Shown: positions 25,681 through 35,800 of the stretch, piece by piece
Layout of the letters: each line of letters opens with the position of its first letter
How positions within the stretch are numbered: the stretch's first letter is position 1
DNA from: Takakia lepidozioides
Taxonomy: Eukaryota > Plantae > Bryophyta
Direction: 5' to 3'
DNA length: 64,000 bases
Assembly: GCA_030704615.1 (NCBI GenBank)
Contig: CM060731.1
Coordinates: 57,040,001 to 57,104,000, forward strand
The notes under the pieces: generated by a model
The model's database searches: none
The model's input: the letters and a program-made list of their open reading frames with translations, nothing else
What the model was told of the DNA's origin: nothing
Program-made: the position numbers and the translations under genes

Positions 25681-25978
25681 CGTTCCTGTGTGGTGGTACA
25701 CATTAATTAATTATTATTTGCTTTCCAATATTAATGGATTTAATTTATTGTTATTATTATTATTATTATTATAGGAAAAATGGTCAGTGGCCTGGATGAG
25801 AACATTATTAAATAATAAAATATTGAAATTATGTTTTTAGATATTATATTTATTCGCTCAGATACCAAAACACACCCTTTGCAGGGAAGGAAAGTTTGCC
25901 TTAGTGTCTATGCTGAGTTGCGTCTCCTACTCTCTATAAATCTAATAGACATTCACCTTTTTCCCTCGGTTGTCCCAC

Positions 25979-26696
25979 TGTCGCGGCCCTTTGCCTTGAG
26001 GGCAGGGGGTCGGGACACAAGAGGGGCTGCCCCTGTGGTGGGGGCAGTGGCAGCGATAGGTTTGGGGGGCTGAAGCACCTTTGAGTGCCCAAGGCACTCA
26101 AGGAGGCGGAGGCGCTCACTAGGTGGAGCCCCGCACACCGGGTTGCGGTGGGGGTGGCTCCACAAGGGGTGGTGGTAGCTTAGCGGGACTTAGTGGGGGT
26201 GGCATAGGACTCACCCTGGGGCGGAGACCTCGTGGTGGGAGTCGTGGGGAGTCTTGGGACTCATCACGGCCCATAGGGGCCGTGATGGGTGGGCCAAGAC
26301 TCACCGCGACTCATCACCGGGAGTCGAGGGTGTTCGTGGTGGTTCGCCATAAAATGGCATGGTTGTTTGTGAAACCCCCGCGGACAGCTACATAAGTATA
26401 TATAGGGAGTAGTAACCCCGAGAACGGTGCAAGCCCGTTGGTGACCAAAAACTAGTGAGTAAGCGAGCGAGCCGGAAAGCGACCAAAGAGTGGGGAGTTG
26501 TTCCAGACTGCCAACTACCAAAGGGAATTCCGCTGGTTCCAAATCATTGGAGGGTTCTTTGGGAGATCAAAGGGGGACCGTTATGCCCCGTTGAGCAGCC
26601 GAAGCTCCAAGTTGGCCCGGCGGCTAGGTTGGGAGTTAGGCGTGCGCATCAAGCGAGTAACTATGACTTGAGGGGGGAGCTTACCGAAGTGAGGTG
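25979..26696 (+). mobile_element. Near-complete solo LTR family A
   Basis: Reverse complement of 2538-3256. It lacks the last 7 nt (agcgaca); no TSD seen. Confidence 0.88.
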
Positions 26697-26912
26697 TGGA
26701 GTCATTCCCGAACGTGCTCAGTCCTCAACAGATGAAGAGGTGTGCTGAAAAGAAGACAAGCACATGGTACAGCCTGACAAGGGAGGCTTTTCTTGACTAC
26801 ATGTACACGGTAAGCCTCTTGACATCTGTTTGTTTGTTGCCAGGGTAAATTTTTCCAAGAAACGCCAGTGTTTGATCCTTTATATTGGTAATGTATGTAG
26901 CAAGAAATAGCA

Positions 26913-29900
26913 GAGACTGGCTTGAAGGCGAAAGCAGAATACTATGCATCCCACACAGAAGAGCAGAGGTCTGCAATTGGGCTTGAGGACATTATGAGAT
27001 TTGAGATGAACAATCAAAGGAAGAACCTCATGAGTGCGTTCGACAAACAAATTCGCATAGCAGATCCAAGTCTAGGCACGGAATTTCTGGAGCAGGTGAA
27101 AGCACATTATGACAAGTATGGCTCCAAGCCAGAAATGACCCAAGAGAATCTACATCGCCTTTTCATGTCAATGGTGGACAATGCAACCAAAATCAGGTGG
27201 TTGGAGATCTGGAATTCGGATCCACTTGTGAGAGACACCAACATGTTCCCAACTCCTGAGAGGGACTCGAAAACACAAGCAATAGAAGTTGTTAGCGACC
27301 ACACATTCGACCAGTGGCTGCACAAGGCAACCTTCTGGAGCCAGGTAAGGCATTCCCAAAACCATTTTGAACCATTTTGAACCATTCACAAAACCATTCG
27401 TGCTCTCTCCCAAATTCTTATGATCTTTCTTGTTGCGGTTGGAAAAACGAGCGGTGGCTGCACTTGGGGAGTCAATGGCAGACTACAAAATCCAGATGGC
27501 TCACCCCTGGATCACACTGGAGGCCTATATCAGGAGATGGAAGCTCGCTGTCTGGAACAACTGCTTCTTTAGGGAGTTTGAGAGAGACAAAGGAATCTCC
27601 AGATCCCACGAATTCAAAAACCAGTACAACAGCGAGCAAGCAATGAAATGATGTACAGGTTTGACCTCCCACAAACTGGTGTGTTGCTAGAGGTGTGTGT
27701 TTCAGTATTCTTGTGTCATGTTTTCTATGGAGAATTTTGAATTTGCAGGCTTTGAGGGAGTTCTGAGGGCTCTAGAAGTACAGCCGAGCAACATTGCGTC
27801 AACGCAAGCTTGTATCTCGGCTGCAACGCCCATGTCTTGATCTTCATGCATGTGTGGTTTTGGTTTCACTTGCCTGTACCTGGGGTCTCCAATGGTGTCG
27901 TTTTCTGCATTGTGGCTTGTTAAAGGGCACAAACCACAAGGAAAATCAACCTTGCATCAATGCAAGGTTGATGGAGGGCCATGGATTTTTGAAGGGTCAG
28001 TAGGTCTTCATGTATTCTTTGGCTATTGTTCGCTGTCATTTCCAGTTTTGCTTCTACCACGATGAACATGAAGTCAATTTAGAGTGAAATGGTGTTTAGG
28101 GCTTATACTATTCCGCCAAACAGCCTTGCGTTGACGCAACGTTGTTTGATGGTCTGGATTGCTAGATAGGGCCCGCTGAAATGGCACAATTTCCATAATA
28201 TTGTAGGGTAGTTAATGTCATCAAACACCATGGACAGGTGTTTTCGGCAGAGGTATTCAACCTTGCGTCAACGCAAGGTTGAATCTCCATATAAACAGAT
28301 CTTCGTATGGTTGTTTTCTAGCAATGTTTTCCATTTCTTCTGTACATGAAATCAACCTTCCGTTAGCGCAATGTTGAATTGCACTTGTCAATCCCTGTCT
28401 TTTTCCATGCAAAATTATCACATGTGGATCCGCCAATCAACCTTGCGTCAACGCAAGGTTGATTGGGGATTCCATGTTTTGCATGCGATGGATTATGACT
28501 TTTCATCTGGTAAGTGTTCGTTGAAAGTGCAATTCTCAACATTTGGGGATTTTTTTTTCAGCTCGAATCGACATTGCGTCAACGCAAGGTTGATTCGGGA
28601 TGATAAATGTTCGTTTCGACGAGTTTCTGATTTGCTTTACAAAACCCTTCTGATGAGGTATGCTCTGTGAGCTGTTCAAATCGAATGAGTGTCTGAGTTT
28701 TTGGTGTGCGTGATTCAGGTACATGTATCATGTTCTCATACCGGGAAAGTACCTTAGCGATGACCCTGAATTCATCTACTCATGGGCTGACCCCTCCAAT
28801 GACAAGACAATGTACACGGCTGGTATTGCCAGAGACTGGAGCATGGTGCATTTTAGAGACTGTGGGTGGTACCTTGATCTGCCAAAACAGGACACACCAT
28901 TCGATGAAGTGGTTTTGAGAAACCTTAACGTCAATGCCGCGACACTTGCCCCGCTTGCTAACAAAGACATTCAGGACAGAATCATTCAAGCTCTAGCTGC
29001 AAAAGAGCCTGAAAAATCGGCTACTCCAAAACGGAAGGGGAAGATTGCCGGGGATCCGAAGGGGAAGGGGAAGAGTGCAGCTACGCAGGAACAGGGCCCC
29101 TCACAGGCCGCAAAAAGACACCCTTCTCCAACTAGGAAGGATAAGAGAACACCAAAGTCGAGGGAGCAGCCTTTCGAGGCGAGAGAACATCCATCCAGGG
29201 TTTTGGGCCAGTTCCACCGTAAGGTGGTGAATGAAAGTTTTTTGGCAATGATGGAATCCAGGAAGTCCACATTCAAAGGGCTGCCGTCGAAATCATGGGA
29301 CATGCTTGTTTCGTTCCTTACTCAGGTAAGCACATATGTCTTTACTGTGGCATGAATGATTTTGTTTTGGCAACTTGTTTTGACTTATCAACAAGATTGA
29401 TTTCGTATTGGATTTCGATTAGGCTTGTGACATTGTCTTTTGTTTTTTGGTACAGGTCACAAAAAGGCCAGATTGGGAAAATGGAGTTCAGCAGTCGTAC
29501 GCGACTGACCTTGTGGTGCTGGACATTCCTGACGGTTTGCCCGTCCTTGATGTGTTACCTTCCAATGCAACCCCTACTTGGAACAAATCGGATTCTCGTT
29601 ACTGGCAGTGGGCTTTCTCATTCAGCAACAAATTCCTTTCTCTCGGGGGCTCTTCTTCTCATGCAGTCAAAGGACATGTCGGCACGGAGAACTCTTTTTA
29701 GCTACATGAAAGCATCCGGGTTTCGTGTCATCAAAACTTGGACATGCATCAACACCCTGCCTCTTACGAAGGGCGAGTTCCCGGGGCAGAAAGTGAGTTG
29801 GTTCCTATCAATGAAAGTTTCGTGGTTCTCCACTAAGTGTCAAAAGTAGGTTATGTCTTTTTGCTCATGCTCTCTTCGAAATTTGTGGCAGACTCGGGTG

Positions 29901-30460
29901 TTTGAAGCTTTGTGCCTGGTGAGGGTGCGGAAGGACACCCTTCCTCCTGGTATTGCTGAGTTCCAGTTGAGGGACCTTGCAGCTCACATTGACCCTACCT
30001 ACGAGCTTGTCGAGGATGATGTAATCTTCAATTACGTGGACTCGGGTCAAACTACAAAAAGGTCGAATGGTGTCCCTTGAAGAGGTGCTCGGGAGAAATC
30101 CCAGCTTTCATGCAGACTGTGGTGGAGACATGCAGCCGTCACGGTGGTCGAGTGGTTGACTTGTCTATTGGCACAGGTGGGGCCCTGAACTCTGTTTTTG
30201 AAATATGGACTGTGGCAGCTTCAATATATAGAGGGAAGCCCTATTTTAATTTCTCGTTTGTCTTCGATTTGCAGGAGCATCTTTTCATGCGTGTAAAAGC
30301 GCCGGAACGCACTTCTTCGGCATGGAGGCTGATTCAGAGCTCTTCTCAAGCGAGCTTCATCAGTTTGAGTCGGGCACTACTTCTGCCCCATCCACAGAGG
30401 CAGTTCTGGAGGAGCCCGAAGCGCCTGACGAGGATCTCGACGTGGACTCTGATTTTGAGT
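26913..30460 (+). pseudogene. Spliced gene encoding a beta-class N4C/N6A DNA amino-methyltransferase-like protein, disrupted
   Basis: GT-AG exons 28719-29325, 29456-29792, 29892-30176 and 30275-30460 give DLVVLDIPDG (motif IV position), FLSLGG/ALLLM (motif VI), P*RGAREKS/PAFMQTVVETCS (VIII-X), GGRVVDLSIGTG-ASFHAC (motif I, across a splice) and HFFGMEAD (motif II). There are two frameshifts and one TGA. Upstream exons lie at 26913-27344 and ~27424-27658. Confidence 0.75.
27781..28598. repeat. Array of seven palindromic hairpins, core TCAACCTTGCGT-CA-ACGCAAGGTTGA
   Basis: Copies start near 27789, 27946, 28120, 28257, 28352, 28437 and 28567, separated by unique sequence (85-175 bp start to start). 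Confidence 0.93.
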
Positions 30461-30599
30461 GTGAGTAATTTCAGCTACTTGTCGTGAAATATATGTTGCA
30501 TTTCCTTGTGTCATTCCCGTTCGACAGATGGTTGCTTTCATGGCATATTTCTAGATGATGACATCTATCACCATTCCTCTTCTTGCTTTCCAGAGTGCG

Positions 30600-32180
30600 G
30601 CACCAGTCATCGAATCAGCAGACACCTTTCGGTTTCCAAGGATACTACATGACCCCGAGTCCCCCTCGAGCTTACCACTTGCCGGTTTACGCGGAAGCAT
30701 GCACACGGGTGTTGTCCCAACAAACAATGTATTCGCCTCTCTATTCGGTCATGGCAGAAAAAAACATTGCAGATGGGCTGTTGTGTTCATAGATGATATC
30801 TGCTTCTCTTTGCTGTTCGAAGGTAGGCTTCCCGCACTGAGTTTAAATTTCAGTCTAGTGCCGAGGGTAGGTAAACCCTTGAGGTCATCCATGATGGCCT
30901 CTCCCATGTCACAGACTGGAAACAAGTTCAGGGAAGTTTTCTGCCTAAATTCATTTTCATCAGACAATTTCCTGGTAACAGACATGGCTTTGGACACTAC
31001 AGCCTCTAAGTCAGATTTATCCAGCAGGGTCATGGCTTGCGCGGAATGCACTGGTCCAGAGAGACCTCTCGAATTCAAGGTTATAATTGACCAAAAATGA
31101 AGTAGGAAAATCTTTGAGGTTGGCCGCTGCACCAAAAACGAAATCAGCTGGTGTTCACTGATGCAAAAGGAGGTTAGTGTGGGTGGAGGCCTTCACGTAG
31201 CGCCAAGTTACCTCCCTATCAAGCCGGTAGAGAGTAGAGAGACATGTATCGGTTCTGCCATCGAGGTGGGAGCTGGTTGGGCCGCGACACTATTCTTCCA
31301 GTTGGGTTGGGCCTCTGTAATTGAGAATGTGGACTGTGTTGGTGAGATTAACGCTCTTCTGCTTCGGTCTCGAGGATTTCGTCTATCAGAGTAAAACCGT
31401 TGTGTAGTGTGTCACAAGTTCGGAATTTTGCTCTCTGCGAGCAGCAGTGAGCGATAACCGATTCTCCTTGGTCCAGAAGGTACACTGAACATTCCAGAGG
31501 AGACCTCTGGGCTACATACTCACTGTATATCAGAGTTCAAGTCCAGGTGTTTGGGCTGCAACTTAGCCCCCAGTGACGCATAATAATCGCTCGACAGAGA
31601 GAGGTGAGAGTCAAAATAATCTTGGATTTCCCTCCTTACAGTGAACGCCACAGGCCTGCTGTCCATTGGGCATGTCGAGATGAATGATTTGACGCCCTGC
31701 ATGATTCCAGGCCCTCTTTTCCCTTGGAGGTAGAAAGAAGGGAAAGGATAATCCTCCCTGCAGAAGATGAGACGAGACAGGTGGCCATCAACTCTTCCTG
31801 CAGGGTTGCAACGTTGCAACAACGTTGGGAAGGATTGCAAACGAAAGTTTTGCCATTAAGCTTACCGAGTTCCCAGTTTGTGAAATTGGTCTCATGGGAG
31901 TTACCTAGCACTTGCTGGGTCTTGCGTGCGTTGCGTTTGAAGCTGTCCATCCTTCGAACAATGTCGCACTGAATGCCTCCAAATAGACCAACTCTCACAC
32001 CCTACTTAGCTGCAACCTTCCAAGGTTGTCCCTTCAAAGGATCCAGGGTATTTATATCCACACCTGTGGATCTGTTCCAGATCTTGACATCAGAAAGAAG
32101 ATGGGTTTCCATAACCATTTGCCCGACCACTTCCGGGTATACCCATCCTGAAACCAATTCTTCAAGTTATAAGTCACACA
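30600..32180 (-). pseudogene. Decayed unidentified gene convergent with the methyltransferase-like gene
   Basis: Consecutive minus-strand ORF pieces 31636-31998, 31520-31840 and 30749-31135 are linked by frameshifts or stops and have protein-like composition. No family recognised. Confidence 0.4.
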
Positions 32181-32863
32181 CTTACCTGCGTCAAGCCAAG
32201 ATCAATTCTGGGTACAAATCCACATATGTAAACCACCTTGTTGGCTGTGCGCAAGCACCATGGCAAGTTTGGGTATCTTGTACCCTGGTGGGCTGAAAGC
32301 TGAAACCCCACAGCCAGTATGTCTTCAATCGCACATCATAGACAATTTTTGTACAGTAGCTCACTGATCATATCAGTGTTTGTATATCTGACTTGCAGTG
32401 GTAAGAGCACCACAATTCCATTCCTTCTGTACCTTACTCTCCTGAGATTGAAGGTTTGGCATGGCCTTAAAGTTTCATCCAAGTAAAGGTCAAATTGGTA
32501 CGACTTTCATTAAAAATAAGCTAGGAATCATCTCAGGAATCATTATCAGTCAAACGCAGATCATCACTTTCTTGCAGAAGTAGGCCATTCACTGTATGAG
32601 CTTTTGAGAAAAGGAATGGACTTGGAAGCGATGATCTTAACTTTTCATAGGGCACATGACACATCTCATGAAGTGGCTACACCTCAATCAAGTCAATCAT
32701 CCCCTCCTACAAAACAATTGCTTGCTTAGCTACGTTACCTGTAAACATTGAAGTTTCACGAGAGTTGACAGCCTCCTCTAAGCTGGAGGTGGAGAATCAA
32801 AATTGGACATCCAATGTCTATTCAAGGCTGCACCAGTACCTCAATTTTAATCATTAATCACTG

Positions 32864-35800
32864 TTAGTAGAGCCTCCCACTGCAGCCTGGGCCACCACAA
32901 TGACAAGGGCATCCCTTTCCAGGGAGCCGCTTGTACCTGTAGTTGTAGGCCAGCTCCTCCCCCATAGCAATCTGAGTACACAATGGTGGCTCATTAATAT
33001 CATTACCCCCACCCACATAAGGTCTAACCATCCATCTATCACACTTAAAAGAGCCCCTGAATACTGATGATCACCACCCACACAGCCATAAATTGTGCTA
33101 AAGGCAGTGCTAGGGTTTCCCTCTGCAAACAGTCCTGTACTTCTCAGATGCAACTTGCACCTGCTGCTGAGGACTACTGACTGATTTGCTACGAAATTAA
33201 AACATCTGCAGAAGAGGCTCTATGCTCAGGTTGACTTCTTACACCATCCAACGAGATTCATATCCAACACTCAAAAGCTAAACATAAGATGCCCTGACTA
33301 TGTTATGAAGTTTCTTCCTTTCTGTAGTTGTTGTTCATCAACTTTTGCATTATATGTTGTGCCCCGTGTGTATCTGTGGGCTAGAAACCACATGTGAAGC
33401 CCCAAGGGCCCATGGGAATGAAGTCTGAATTGCAGACTCACGATAAAAGGGAAGCTCCACGGAAGGTGGAGCTTCCATCCAATGGACAGCTGTTGAAGTG
33501 AGAACATATTCTCGAAATTAAAACTCAAATGAACGTGATGCTGTAAAATGGGGTTAGTGTCCACTGCCTAAGCCCAATTTGGCAACTTTCAGATTTGATT
33601 ATCAAGCAGTAAAAATGCTAAGATGCTGGGTTGTAGTTACAAAAGATGGGATACGTACATCCTGTTTGGCAAAGAAGCCGATATGTGCCAGCTGGCAATC
33701 CATACTTTCCACCAGTACCACATAATTGATCAAATTGGGAGCACAGCTGCAAGTCACATGCACGATGTTTGCTCAGCAAATAAATTCCGGAGTTTTCATC
33801 CTGGGGACACTGCTCTGGTAGAGATAACTATCATAGTATGATCCTTAGGATTTCTCTACCCTCCCGACCACAGAACGTTTGTGGAGAATGTATCAGGGCC
33901 ATGATGTAGAAGCAGATGCTGTGGCCTTCTGGTCCTTAATCCTTTAGGATACCTCCTCTTCAGACGGTTGACAATCTATTTTATGCGTGTCCCACAACAA
34001 TCAACCCTTATTGAACATTCATCTCAGTGAGAGCAGAGGAAAAGGTGGGGAAAGATGGAAACAGGTAGATGCAAATGACTCAGGTCAACAGCGCAGAGAG
34101 GGTTGACATCCGAAAGGCAGCTAGGTAGATGTGGTTTTACAAGATACTAATTTCCTCTCCGAATACCCCTCCTGGAAGTACAGATTGTTTCCTTTAGCCT
34201 ACCCCCTAATCTTGGTTGTGTTATTTAAGCTGAAGCCTACACGTAGGAGCGAAGGATTGCAGCACATGAAGAGCTAAAAACACCTAAGGCTGGCTTTTAC
34301 CTATGATTGATAAACCGTGCAACATTTCCAAACTTTGTTGCATCGATGACAAATGGCTTGGAATCCCTTTTGGGTCGTGATCTGTTAACATCCAAATGGG
34401 CATCGATATTGTACAAGTAGCTACAGCCTTCTTGGTCATACCTGGCAGATACCCAAGTTTTCAGTTATGACATGACGGGTCCAGAACAACTTGGCCACAT
34501 AATACACATGAAGCTGGTTCTAGAAGATGCTCGCACAAAAACAAACAAGAGGCTTCACCTCTCGCCCCTTCTGTTGGCCTCGCGGTCATTGAGAACTTCC
34601 CCAATGTACTCGCAGACAAACGTCCCTCGAGCTATAGGTTGTGCCGCTCTCACTGCCCAGCCCTGCATAGCACATCCCAGCCCATCCACAAAGGATAGCA
34701 CTTCACCCCAATTATCCTATGTGAACTCAGCATTGATGTGGGGCCTAGCTACTAGCATCTTACCTTGGCATATGCCCATGTTTGATTGCAAGCACTATGC
34801 CAACAAAACACATCAGATGCTTGCACACAAAGAGGTACAAGCTCAAGCATCATGGGGTCACCTTGTGCCGGGATTTAAACACTTCCAGCTTCACACAGAC
34901 GCCTTTTTGTACCACACGGTTCTGGCATGTGTCGCTACAGTGACAGTTGCTGTTGCACTCATACACCATGAACCCCTCCTGCTACCCAACCAACCCACAG
35001 ATCAGTACCGGGAAGATAGTGCAGAAACATTGCAAGGGATCAATTGCGCAAAGCATTCCGTTGGGCAAGGACTCTATCATGAAGTCATTTTCTAAAATTT
35101 TGATCTTTTTACTATTGGCCTTGCTTACTTGGCAGATAGAAGAACCGACTGACTTGTGTATCCTGTTCATAAAGGACTAGACCATAAACAACTCCCATTG
35201 GAGAACTGCAAGAGGCCAACATGACTTCAAAGGATTGGGTACTCCGTATACAAATTGCACAGTTACTGTAGGGAAGCCTCTTTTGGAAGAGGAGGTCTCC
35301 ACACATACTTGATGCTGCCTGTAAAGCCTTGGGCATGACATGAGGAATGATTCTGAGGTAGAAGTACTCATGCGTTGGTGAAAGTTCTGACCCAACACTC
35401 ATGGACTATACTTCAAATGTGGCAAGCAACTTCCCTCCAAACTACCACACTTACCTCAAGAATGATGCACCCCATGTTGTCATAAGGGAATCGGCCCCGG
35501 ATGAAGTGTCCATCAATGTCCAGAGCCTCCGGATTGTCATTGTCAAACATTGCCACATGTTCACATGTAAGGGGGTCACATGTCTTGTGTCTACATGAGC
35601 ATCCCACCTGTGAACTCTGTACAATCACAACATGCTTTCGTAGTCAGTGTTCACTATCCATTATATGAGACCATAAGGTTAAGCAGGTCTTCTTTAAATG
35701 GAGCTGTCAACTCAATACATCAACCACCCCTACAGGCAGGAGTTAGCTGGCTGTGCCAGCTGGAAACAGAAGCAAACTCAAGATGTAGGTTATAGCTCTG

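Noticed and set aside
25856-25867. Met-tRNA primer-binding-site-like sequence (tggtatctgagc on the minus strand)
   Set aside because: One mismatch and no adjacent LTR end (CA), so probably chance or too decayed to call.
27781-28598. CRISPR array or integron cassette array
   Set aside because: Spacers are long and uneven, one repeat is flipped, no cas or integrase gene is present, and the context is a eukaryotic intron. Kept as a hairpin array.
34472-35095. 207-aa plus-strand ORF (and similar ones at 47587-48294 and 52204-52856)
   Set aside because: They are antisense shadows of real exons and have no domain features.
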